From an uncultured Acidobacteriota bacterium (lineage in GTDB: Bacteria; Acidobacteriota; JAQAZP01): a DNA stretch of 64,000 nucleotides. Each line of letters starts with the position of its first letter. The stretch's first letter is position 1. The position numbers and the translations under genes were made by a program. The stretch spans positions 3,170,602 to 3,234,601 of the forward strand of contig CAWIIB010000009.1 of NCBI GenBank assembly GCA_963836075.1, written 5' to 3'. This document shows, piece after piece, positions 37,651-45,943 of the stretch. The notes beneath the pieces were generated by a model. The model did no database searches, was not told the DNA's origin, and saw only the letters and a program-made list of their open reading frames with translations.

Positions 37651-38784
37651 TTACTCCTCGAGCGGCGGGCCCAGCACTTCGGCCATGGCCTGGTCATCGA
37701 TCTGGCGCCCTTCGGCGATGATCTGGCGATACTTGACGAAGTCGATGGTGTCCTTGCCGGTGATCTTCTTGGTGTTGAAGGCGTGGAACCCGAGGAAGGC
37801 CTCGGTGGACATGTTGGCCGCCAGCCAGTGGCGGTTGGGCAGCTTGCTCTGGTCCCAGAAGAACTTCTTCTTGGCCCGGATGCCGTCGATGGACTTGATC
37901 AGGCAGCCGGGGAAGAGGTTGGTGAAGCGCCAGATGATCCGGTCCACTTCCTTGTCCAGCAGTTCGAAGTCGGTGGCGCCGCTCTTCAGGATCTCCTTGG
38001 CCGCGGCCGCCTCTTCGCCGCGCTTCATCTCGCCGTAGACGATCTCGCCGTCGTCGATGTAGCGGTCGGTGATCACCAGCGGGTTGCGCACGAACTGGCC
38101 GTCGACCTTGAGCACCGGCACGGCCTTGGTGATCAGCCCCTTGACCTTCATCTTGTAGGAGCTCCACATCTCGCAGGAGATGCAGTTCCACATGGCGTCC
38201 TCGATGGACAGCATCCAGGGCAGGAAATCGGTGGAGCCGCCGTCGGGGGCCGAGCCGTGCTTGGGGCCGGCCTGGCCGAAGATCGCCAGGTCGGAGGAGA
38301 CGGCCAGGTCGCAGGCCATGCCGATCTCCTGTCCGCCGGCCACCCGCATCCCGTTGACCCGGCAGATGGTCGGTTTCTTGCAGTTGAGGATCGCGTCCAC
38401 CATGCCGTTGAACAGGTCCATGTACTCGCCGTACTCGTTGGGCCGCTTGCTGTAGTACTCGGCGTACTCCTTGGTGTTGCCGCCGGTGCAGAAGGAGCGG
38501 TCGCCCACCGCGGTGAAGACGACGGCCACCACCGACCGGTCGCTGGAGGCGGCCTGGAAGCCGGCGATCACCCCCTTGACCATCTCGGTGGTGTAGGAGT
38601 TGTACTGTCGGGGGTTGTTGAGGGTCACCCAGGCGGTATACAGCCCGTCCACCGGGTTGCCCGCCTTGTCCAGCACCGGCCTTTTCTCGTAGATGGTGCA
38701 TGGCGCCTCGGTGCCCCAGTGTTCGGGGCCGAAAAGCGCGTGGTCCTTGATCTCGTTGTCCCGCGGGAGCCATTCGAGGGTCAT
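37651..38784 (-). CDS. oah: 6-oxocyclohex-1-ene-1-carbonyl-CoA hydrolase-like crotonase (BamA/Oah type)
   Basis: Motif TLEWLPRDNEIKDHALFGPEHWG..YNSYTTEMVKG..FCTGGNTKEYAEYY..GGQEIGMACD..GQAGPKHGSAPDGGSTDFLP, with a length of 377 aa. ATG 38784 with GGAGGA 7 nt upstream is preferred over the track start 39018. Confidence 0.7.
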   Translation of the reverse strand: MTLEWLPRDNEIKDHALFGPEHWGTEAPCTIYEKRPVLDKAGNPVDGLYTAWVTLNNPRQYNSYTTEMVKGVIAGFQAASSDRSVVAVVFTAVGDRSFCTGGNTKEYAEYYSKRPNEYGEYMDLFNGMVDAILNCKKPTICRVNGMRVAGGQEIGMACDLAVSSDLAIFGQAGPKHGSAPDGGSTDFLPWMLSIEDAMWNCISCEMWSSYKMKVKGLITKAVPVLKVDGQFVRNPLVITDRYIDDGEIVYGEMKRGEEAAAAKEILKSGATDFELLDKEVDRIIWRFTNLFPGCLIKSIDGIRAKKKFFWDQSKLPNRHWLAANMSTEAFLGFHAFNTKKITGKDTIDFVKYRQIIAEGRQIDDQAMAEVLGPPLEE

Positions 38785-38939
38785 CGGCGTTCCTCCAAAG
38801 GTGTCCACACCGTCCGGGAACCGGATCACCGGCTGCCGCGGTCCGGCGATGGATGGAATGAGGGATGCGTGTGCGTGCGTGCCGTATTGGATTGGCGTGC
38901 GTATATACTGCGCTGAAAGTATGCTGGCATCGCTGGTTT

Positions 38940-38964
38940 TTGTCAAACCGGTCCACTTTGACAA
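38940..38964. promoter_or_regulatory. 8-bp inverted repeat carrying back-to-back TTGACA boxes in the divergent oah / GT-C intergenic region
   Basis: TTGTCAAA (38940-38947), 9-nt spacer, TTTGACAA (38957-38964). Plus strand: TTGACA, 18 nt, CAGAAT (38982-38987). Minus strand: TTGACA, 17 nt, CATACT (38923-38918). Confidence 0.35.
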
Positions 38965-39002
38965 CCACCGGGGAATGGAAGCAGAATGCTCCGGGAGGAC
39001 CC

Positions 39003-40550
39003 ATGGTGACACTTCCACAATCCGGGGCAGGGGCAGGGAGCGACGGCCGCACCGCTGCGCCTGCGGGAAACCGCCGCCGCCTGCTCTACCTGCTGCTCTG
39101 CATGGCGCTGCTGCTGGCCACCCGGGCCGGCCACCTCACCGGGCCGGTGGACGAGCCCCACTCCTGGAGGCAGTGCGACACCGCGTTCTACGCTCTCGAT
39201 TTTCACCGGGAGGGGATCGACCTCTTCCACCCCGCGGTCTGCTGGATGGGCGGTCACAAGACCCTGGCCCTGGAGTTCCCGCTGCCCGAGGCGTTGATGG
39301 CCCTGGCTTACGGCCTCTTCGGCTGCCACCTGGTGGTGGCCCGGCTGGTGACCCTGCTCTTCTTCTGCGGGGCGGCGGCCTACCTCTTCCTGCTGGTCCG
39401 GCGGCTGTTCGGCGAACGGGCCGCCTGGCCGGCCCTGGCCGTCTACCTGGTGCTGCCCCTGGGCCAGTTCTACTCCCGGGCCCTGCACGTCGATTTCAGC
39501 GCCGTCTTCTTCGCCCACGCCATGACCTGGCACCTGCTGCGGGGCTACGAACGCCACTCCGTGGCCCACAACCTGGCCGGCCTCCTCTTCGGGGTGCTGG
39601 CCTTCCTCGTCAAGGCGCCCTATGCCTTCTACTTCGCCCTGCCGCTGGCCGCGGTGATGGTATCGCGGTTCAACCGCCGGGCCTTTGCCTGGTTCCTGGT
39701 CTGCCTTGCCGTACCCACGGCGGTTTTTCTTCTCTGGCAGGTCCACGCCGGCGCGGTGAACAACGCAGCGCCGGACTGGGATTACCTCCCCGGATATTTC
39801 AAGTTCGTCGGCATGGGGCAGTGGTATTTCGGGGCCCTGGCCCTGCGCTTCCAGCCCCAGCTCTGGGGCATCGTGCTGAGTCGCCTGTTCCACGACGTGG
39901 CCTCCGCCGCCGGTGCCCTGCTGCTGCTGGTGGGTGTTCTCTCCGCTGCCGGGAGACGGGCCGTCCCGCAAGCCGGCGGCCGGCTCTTTCTCTGCTGCTG
40001 GCTGGCCGGGCTGGCCGGATACCTGCTGATCTTCTTCAACCTCAACCAGATCCACGACTACTACCAGATCCCCTTTCTCGCCCCGGCGGCCCTGCTCATC
40101 GCCCTGGGCGTGCAGCAGATCCGGGACCTTGTGGCCCGGCACCTGCCGGGCATGGCTCCGGCGGCGGTCCCGCTGCTGCTGGCCATCCTGGCCCTCGGCG
40201 CCTTCTGGACCGCCGAGACACGCTACTACTACATCGATCACCTGCGGGTGGAGGCAGGGCAGGTGATTGCCGCCGGCACCCCCGAGGGAGCGCTGGTCAT
40301 CGTCGCCGCCGAGATGCCGGACACCGACTGCCGGGACCCGAGGATCCTGTATCGCGCCGGGCGCTGCGGCTGGTCGGTGCACCTGCCGCAGCTCACCCCG
40401 GATCTGATCGGTCGGCTGCGCGCCGAAGGCGCCGACTATCTGGCCCTGGTGGCGCCGGCCACCGATGACATCGAGGCCGTGTTCGGCTACCCCGCCGAGA
40501 CCGTCCCGCTCTTCACCCCCCCCTGGAAGGTGCTGGTCTGCAGGTTGTGA
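39003..40550 (+). CDS. ArnT/PMT_2-like GT-C membrane glycosyltransferase
   Basis: Motif GPVDEPHSWRQCDTAFYALDFHREGIDLFHPAVCWMGGHKTLALEFPLPEALMALAYGLFG, with about 11 TM helices. ATG 39003 follows GGGAGG; the track starts at 38865. Confidence 0.8.
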   Translation: MVTLPQSGAGAGSDGRTAAPAGNRRRLLYLLLCMALLLATRAGHLTGPVDEPHSWRQCDTAFYALDFHREGIDLFHPAVCWMGGHKTLALEFPLPEALMALAYGLFGCHLVVARLVTLLFFCGAAAYLFLLVRRLFGERAAWPALAVYLVLPLGQFYSRALHVDFSAVFFAHAMTWHLLRGYERHSVAHNLAGLLFGVLAFLVKAPYAFYFALPLAAVMVSRFNRRAFAWFLVCLAVPTAVFLLWQVHAGAVNNAAPDWDYLPGYFKFVGMGQWYFGALALRFQPQLWGIVLSRLFHDVASAAGALLLLVGVLSAAGRRAVPQAGGRLFLCCWLAGLAGYLLIFFNLNQIHDYYQIPFLAPAALLIALGVQQIRDLVARHLPGMAPAAVPLLLAILALGAFWTAETRYYYIDHLRVEAGQVIAAGTPEGALVIVAAEMPDTDCRDPRILYRAGRCGWSVHLPQLTPDLIGRLRAEGADYLALVAPATDDIEAVFGYPAETVPLFTPPWKVLVCRL

Positions 40551-40579
40551 AGCAGGGCCGGGCTGATCCACCATCGACC

Positions 40580-40589
40580 GTGATATACT
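40580..40589 (+). promoter_or_regulatory. Extended -10 element GTGATATACT upstream of the transglutaminase/FG-GAP gene
   Basis: TGnTATACT-type extended -10. An identical 10-mer recurs at 51177-51186, and TATATACT occurs at 38902-38909. Confidence 0.35.
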
Positions 40590-40740
40590 GTTGGTCTGAT
40601 TCGCTTCGTGACTCTATTCATCCATTCCGGGACTGCTGCCATGGCACGTGTGACAGTCATCCCACCAGTTCCTGGTACGTTCGCACTTGGACCAGTCTGT
40701 ACGCCCGCCGTATTCCATACCTATCTTGCTGGAGGTCATC

Positions 40741-43701
40741 ATGTATTCCCGAACAGCCGTTTTCTGTACCGTCATCCTGCTGGCCGCCGTCCTGCCCCTG
40801 GCCGCTGATGTCCCGCTGCAGCGCCAGACTACCCAGGACCTGGGTCAGCCGGTGCAGGTCACCGCCGACGTGCGGCACCAGGTGACCACCGCGCCGCCGA
40901 CCCTCGCCCCGCTGAAGCGCTCGGCCTCGAAGCGGGCGCCGCTGACCCGCCCGGGGGGGCCGGGGGAGCTGCTGGACAGCATCGACCGTACGGTTTTCGT
41001 ACCCGCGGGGGAGGACTACTGCCTGCGTTACAACGCGCGCCTGGGCCGGCTGGAGGAGGTGATGGTGCCCTACACCCTCACCGATGCCGCCTGGCAGGCG
41101 GTGGGGACGGCGCCCAACTGGCTGCAGGACGACCTGGAGGACAAGTTCCGCCAGCTGGATGCCGAGCACCAGGAGATGTACGCCAACCTGATCATCGACC
41201 TCACCGACCCGCTGATCGTCGACGAGGTGGCCTTCCAGGTGGCCCACCTCTCGCGCACCCTGCTGCAGAACGCCACCGTGGTGCCGGAGACCCTGAAGGT
41301 CAACGCCGAACTGATGTATGTCATCGACCAGGACCTGCAGTACGTGGAGATCGTCGACTACGACGACGGGGCGGGCAATTTCTATTCCACCACCCGCTAC
41401 CAGTATCTGGACAACGGCACGCCGGTGGCCGTGGACCTGCCCAGTGACATCTACTACTGGTATGTGGTGATGCCCAAGGTCTCGGACGAACGGCCGCTGA
41501 GCAACGAGTCGGTCTACAACATGTTCTGGCGGGAATACCTCTACTACGAGAACGACGACGGGTATCCGAACCTGCAGGAGGTGATGGCGCCGATCCAGTA
41601 CCTGTGGGACGGAGAGACCCGCGGGTATGCGGTGGGCGACCCGTTCAGCCCGGACCTGCTGGCCGTGATCTGCGTGGCTCTCTGGAGCGGGAAAACCATT
41701 GACGCGGGGGCCTCGGGCGACCGGCCGATCCAGCCCAACATCATCGCCCACGGGCACAACGGCAACTGCGGGGAGAGACAGGATCTCCTCTGCGCAGCGG
41801 GCCGCACCTGCCTGATGCCCTATATCTGCACCATGGACGTGCTCGAGGACCATGTCTGGTGCGAGATGTGGTGGGACTACGTCTGGCGGCCGACCCAGAA
41901 CGACCCCAACATCCATTTTGACCGCCCCTACTGCAGTTACGAACGGGACAGCGGCGGTTCCAAGGACTGCTCCTGTATCTGGGACTGGCGCAACGACGGC
42001 TTTACCTACGACGCCATCGCCACCTACTCCAACACCTGCACCCTCACCGTGACCATCACCGACCCGGGGGGATTGCCGGTGGACAACGCCTCGGTGGTCA
42101 TCGCCAGCGAGGGCTGGTCCACCACGACCATCTACCGCGGCACCTGGGGCGAGACCGACCGCAACGGCCAGATCACCTTTACCCTCGGTGATCTGCAGGA
42201 CTACTACATCCAGGTGATGACCGACCTGGGCAGCTATCCCGCCTCGGGCTATGCCTCGATCATCACCGGCAGCGTGGCTGACCAGGCCTATTTCTGGGAA
42301 TGGACCACCCCGGACCCGATGCCCGCCCTCGAACTGGAAGAGGAGACGCCGCCGGGGGATGAAGGGCCGTTCACCCTGGAGATCACCTATGACCTGCCCT
42401 GCGACATCAACAACGGCCGGGACTACTACGCCACCCTGGCCGGCTGGTATGCCGAACGGTTGAGCGAGGGCCGGCTCGATTTCTTTGTGGCTGACGAGGA
42501 GAACTTCCAGGCCTACATGGCCGATGGCGCCTGCTGCGGCTACTTCGTCTCCGACGCCATTTTCAACTATGAGACCCTCGACGTCTCCGGCGAGGAGGAT
42601 TTTTACATCGTCTTCAGCGGTGCCCGGAACCACGGCCTGCGGGTGATGGCCGATCTGACCGTCAACCTGTGGAAGAACTACGATCCCGAACTGCAGGCCG
42701 CGGAGATGGTCACCGGCCCGGGGCACGGCCCGGACAACCCGACCCTGGCCCGGGTTTTCGACCACGCGTCGCCCGGTACGGTGCAGGCGGAGTGGAACTG
42801 TTACGGCGTGCAGAAATACGGGGTCAATGTGGCCTGCGGCGACATTGCCGGGGACCTGCAGGACGAACTGATCAGCGGTGCCGGACCAGGGGCGGTGTTC
42901 GGGCCCCACGTCCGCGCGTTCGATGCCCAGGGCACACCGCTGCCCGGGGTCAGCTTCATGGCTTACGGCACGCTGAAATACGGGGTCAACGTCAGCGCCG
43001 GTGACATCGACGGTGACGGCTACGACGAGATCATCAGCGGCGCCGGGCCGGGGGCGGTGTTTGGTCCCCACGTGCGGGGCTGGAATGTGGACAACGGAGA
43101 GGCCGGGCCCATGGGCGGAGTGAGCTACTTCGCCTACGGCACGCTGAAATACGGGGTCAATGTGGCCTGCGGCGACATCGACGGCGACGGCTACGACGAG
43201 ATCGTCACCGGCGCCGGGCCGGGGGCGGTGTTCGGCCCCCACGTGCGGGGCTGGAACGTGGACGGGTCCACCGCTGCGTCCATCCCGGGGGTGAGCTACT
43301 TTGCTTACGGCACGCTGAAATACGGGGTCAACGTGGCCTGCGGCGACCTGGACGGCGACGGGATGGACGAGATTGTCACCGGCCCCGGACCCGGCGCCAT
43401 CTTCGGCACCCACATCCGCGGCTGGAACTGCGACGGCGGTGCGGTGCAGGCCATACCCGCGGTGAGCTTCAACGCTTACCAGGGTATGGTTTACGGGGCC
43501 GCGGTGGGGCTGGCCGACGTGGACGGCGACGGCTTCGACGAGATCCTCACCATGCCGGGGCCCGGTGAGGACAATCCGGCCGAGCTCAAGGTGTGGCAGG
43601 TGGACAACGGGCCGGTGAGTCTGGATGTGGCCTTCGAGGCCTATGCAGGGATGGGGCTGGGATATGGAGGAAGGGTGGCCGGCGGTCATTTGATCCGCTG
43701 A
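40741..43701 (+). CDS. Secreted protein with transglutaminase-like cysteine-protease core, Ig-like/CarboxypepD_reg-like domain and C-terminal FG-GAP-type repeats
   Basis: ATG 40741 follows GGAGG. Signal peptide MYSRTAVFCTVILLAAVLPLAA. Cys-His-Asp core GNCGERQDLLCAAGRTCLMPY..EDHVWCEMWW..RPTQND. Five repeats of YGVNVACGDIDGDGYDEI(V/I)(T/S)GAGPGAVFGPHVRGWN. Confidence 0.85.
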   Translation: MYSRTAVFCTVILLAAVLPLAADVPLQRQTTQDLGQPVQVTADVRHQVTTAPPTLAPLKRSASKRAPLTRPGGPGELLDSIDRTVFVPAGEDYCLRYNARLGRLEEVMVPYTLTDAAWQAVGTAPNWLQDDLEDKFRQLDAEHQEMYANLIIDLTDPLIVDEVAFQVAHLSRTLLQNATVVPETLKVNAELMYVIDQDLQYVEIVDYDDGAGNFYSTTRYQYLDNGTPVAVDLPSDIYYWYVVMPKVSDERPLSNESVYNMFWREYLYYENDDGYPNLQEVMAPIQYLWDGETRGYAVGDPFSPDLLAVICVALWSGKTIDAGASGDRPIQPNIIAHGHNGNCGERQDLLCAAGRTCLMPYICTMDVLEDHVWCEMWWDYVWRPTQNDPNIHFDRPYCSYERDSGGSKDCSCIWDWRNDGFTYDAIATYSNTCTLTVTITDPGGLPVDNASVVIASEGWSTTTIYRGTWGETDRNGQITFTLGDLQDYYIQVMTDLGSYPASGYASIITGSVADQAYFWEWTTPDPMPALELEEETPPGDEGPFTLEITYDLPCDINNGRDYYATLAGWYAERLSEGRLDFFVADEENFQAYMADGACCGYFVSDAIFNYETLDVSGEEDFYIVFSGARNHGLRVMADLTVNLWKNYDPELQAAEMVTGPGHGPDNPTLARVFDHASPGTVQAEWNCYGVQKYGVNVACGDIAGDLQDELISGAGPGAVFGPHVRAFDAQGTPLPGVSFMAYGTLKYGVNVSAGDIDGDGYDEIISGAGPGAVFGPHVRGWNVDNGEAGPMGGVSYFAYGTLKYGVNVACGDIDGDGYDEIVTGAGPGAVFGPHVRGWNVDGSTAASIPGVSYFAYGTLKYGVNVACGDLDGDGMDEIVTGPGPGAIFGTHIRGWNCDGGAVQAIPAVSFNAYQGMVYGAAVGLADVDGDGFDEILTMPGPGEDNPAELKVWQVDNGPVSLDVAFEAYAGMGLGYGGRVAGGHLIR
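42799..43640 (+). repeat. Five tandem ~171-bp coding repeats (FG-GAP blades); the middle three are highly similar at the DNA level
   Basis: Units start near 42799, 42961, 43132, 43303 and 43474. Units 2-4 share long identical runs such as tacggcacgctgaaatacggggtcaa and ggcgccgggccgggggcggtgtt. Confidence 0.8.
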
Positions 43702-43751
43702 TGCCGTCACGGCCGGTGGAATAGCGATCGGATAGGAACAGCCGAAGGAGC

Positions 43752-45911
43752 ATGTCAATGGTTTCGCCGCTGGTCCTGCTTTCGCAAGTCGTGGTGATTC
43801 TCGTCCTCTGCGTGCTGGGCGGTTTTGTCTTCCGGCACCGCGGCCGCACCCGCCCCGGGCAGCTGCTGGCCCTGCTCTGTTTTCTCTGTGCCGGCTGGAT
43901 TGCCGCCATACTGGCCGGTGATGTCTTTCCCCGGACCATGCTGCCGGGGTTTCCGCTCCTCTCGCGCAACGTGGGAAAGGTATTCGCTTCGTTCACCATG
44001 GCCGCGTTAATCGGCTTTGCCTGGCAGTATCCCACGCGGGCCCCGTCGGTGAAACGGTGGCACTGCTGGCTGGTGTTTCTGCTGTCGCTCTTTTTCGCCG
44101 CCGGCTCCTTCACCCGGTGGGATGCCCGCATCGGCGGTCAACAGCAGCTGCAATACGGCCCGCTGCATTACTGTTTTGTCTGCTACGTGGTCCTCTCCGG
44201 GATCTATGCCCTCGGCTTCCTGGTCCTCCGCCGCCAACGGTCCGATTCACCACTGCTCCGCCTGCAGATTGCCTGGGTAAGCGTGGGCATCGGCATCTCC
44301 TACGTCGTGGCCGTGGTCTGCGTACTTCTCCTCCCGGCCCTCTGGGGCGTGCACGGCTACCAGCTCCTGGGCACCCTGGCCCCGGCTATCGGTTTTCTTT
44401 TCGTGACCTACGCAATCGTCAAGTACCGGGCGATGGAGATCGAGGTGGTTTTGAACCGGACCCTGGTCTGGCTGCTGACGGGCGTGCTCATATTCGCTGC
44501 CAACTGGGGCATCGCCTCCCTCATCGGCGGCTGGATCCGTGGTCTCAACAACTGGCAGCTGGCGCTGATCGGCACCCTGCTCTTCTATCCGCTCTTCTTT
44601 ATCACCCGCAAGGTCCAGCCGACGATCAACCGCCTGCTGCAGCGGGAATACCACGCCATGGGCGAGGCGGTGGACGGGCTGATGGCCGAGGCCGGGGAAC
44701 TGACCGATGTGCGCACACTGTGCCGCTTCATCATCCAGCGGACCTGCCAGGTGCTCCGCGTGCCCCACGTGGCGCTGTTGCTCTGCGACGAGCGACTGGA
44801 GCGCTGCCTGCTGATCGACCGGGAACACGAGGAGCAGACCCCCCTGACCCCCGGCGACCCCTTCCTCGTCTGGCTGGCGGAGAACGCAGTCACCCTGGAA
44901 CGGGAGCAGGTGGAGTTGCGGCAGCGGCACGAGGCCATCCGCCCGCTGGCCGACGCCTATTTCCAGCTGGTGGCCGCCGAGGCCTGCCTCACGCTGGTCC
45001 ACGGGGGCAAGCTGGTGGGCACGCTAAACCTCGGACGGCGGTCGGGGAAACGCGGGCACCTGACCAAGCGTGAGCTGGGTTTGCTGGTCAGGTTCCGTGC
45101 GGCCATCACCCTGGCCCTGGAAAATGCCCGGATGCACGAGTCGGAGCTGTCGCTGAAGGAGGAAAAGGTCAAGGCGGAATTCTTCGCCCGGGAGCTGCAG
45201 GAGGCGCACCAGATGCAGGCGGCCCTGCTGCCCCGTGACGCGCCCCGGGTGGCCGGCCTGGAGGCCGCGGGGGACTGCCGGCCGGCCCAGGACGTGGGCG
45301 GGGATTTTTTCGATTACCTGCCGTCGGGGGACGGCCGGGTGTCGGTGATTCTCGGAGACGTGTCGGGCAAGGGGCTGCGCAGTGCGATGCACGCAGTGCT
45401 GAGCAGCGGCCTGCTGCGAACCCAGGTCCGGGTGGGGGGGACGCCGGGCGAGGTGCTGGACGAGGTGGACCGGGAACTCTTCCACCTCACCGAGCGCAAT
45501 ATCTTCACCGCCCTTGTCTTTGCAGCCATCGACAGCCGGCAGCGGAAGCTGGTGCTGGTCAACGCTGGCCTGCCCCAGCCCCTGCTGCGCCGGGGAGGGG
45601 AGGTGCGGCTGCTGACCCTCGGGGGACTGCCGCTGGGGGTCATGCCGCGGGCGCAGCGGCAAACGGTGACGGCGAAGCTGGAGACTGACGATCTGTTGCT
45701 GTTCTACAGCGACGGGATCACCGAGGCGAGCAACCTTGCGGGGGAGATGTATAGCCAGGAGCGGCTGCAGGCCCTGGTGGCGGGGGTGGCTCCGGATACA
45801 CCGGCAGCGGCGGTGAACCGCCTGATCTGGGAAGATGTGGACCGCTTTGTCGGAGGTGCGGAACCGTTCGACGACATGACTCTGGTGGTGGTTCGGATCA
45901 CGGATCGCTGA
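43752..45911 (+). CDS. Membrane sensor - GAF - PP2C (SpoIIE/RsbU-type) serine phosphatase
   Basis: ORF track 719 aa (ATG 43758 has better RBS spacing). About 8 N-terminal TM helices. GAF region LRVPHVALLLCD..GKLVGTLNLG. PP2C motifs DVGGDFFDY, ILGDVSGKG, FYSDGITEA and DDMTLVVV. Confidence 0.85.
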   Translation: MSMVSPLVLLSQVVVILVLCVLGGFVFRHRGRTRPGQLLALLCFLCAGWIAAILAGDVFPRTMLPGFPLLSRNVGKVFASFTMAALIGFAWQYPTRAPSVKRWHCWLVFLLSLFFAAGSFTRWDARIGGQQQLQYGPLHYCFVCYVVLSGIYALGFLVLRRQRSDSPLLRLQIAWVSVGIGISYVVAVVCVLLLPALWGVHGYQLLGTLAPAIGFLFVTYAIVKYRAMEIEVVLNRTLVWLLTGVLIFAANWGIASLIGGWIRGLNNWQLALIGTLLFYPLFFITRKVQPTINRLLQREYHAMGEAVDGLMAEAGELTDVRTLCRFIIQRTCQVLRVPHVALLLCDERLERCLLIDREHEEQTPLTPGDPFLVWLAENAVTLEREQVELRQRHEAIRPLADAYFQLVAAEACLTLVHGGKLVGTLNLGRRSGKRGHLTKRELGLLVRFRAAITLALENARMHESELSLKEEKVKAEFFARELQEAHQMQAALLPRDAPRVAGLEAAGDCRPAQDVGGDFFDYLPSGDGRVSVILGDVSGKGLRSAMHAVLSSGLLRTQVRVGGTPGEVLDEVDRELFHLTERNIFTALVFAAIDSRQRKLVLVNAGLPQPLLRRGGEVRLLTLGGLPLGVMPRAQRQTVTAKLETDDLLLFYSDGITEASNLAGEMYSQERLQALVAGVAPDTPAAAVNRLIWEDVDRFVGGAEPFDDMTLVVVRITDR

Positions 45912-45943
45912 ACAGCGGACAGTTCAGCGACCGGGCCCCGGTC
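45908..45943. terminator. Two short hairpins between convergent genes
   Basis: ctgaac..gttcag (45908-45927) and gaccgg-gcc-ccggtc (45929-45943). There is no clear U-tract. Confidence 0.25.

Noticed and set aside
42799-43640. Regularly spaced repeats that could be mistaken for a CRISPR array or a mobile-element repeat.
   Set aside because: The period is 171 bp, there are no spacer-like unique segments and the repeats are in frame within a continuous ORF. They are protein (FG-GAP blade) repeats.
40657-43758. Very long antisense ORFs that mirror real genes almost end to end. Examples: 1033 aa opposite the transglutaminase/FG-GAP gene, 890 aa at 5518-8190 opposite uvrA, 628 aa at 12134-14020 and 690 aa at 15190-17262 opposite the cphA genes, 623 aa at 24491-26362, 543 aa at 38943-40574, 606 aa at 19569-21389 and 450 aa at 52019-53371.
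   Set aside because: Their translations are low-complexity Gly/Ala/Arg/Pro-rich strings with no motifs, whereas the opposite strand carries clear domain signatures. This is the expected shadow-ORF effect of strong GC3 bias, not overlapping genes.
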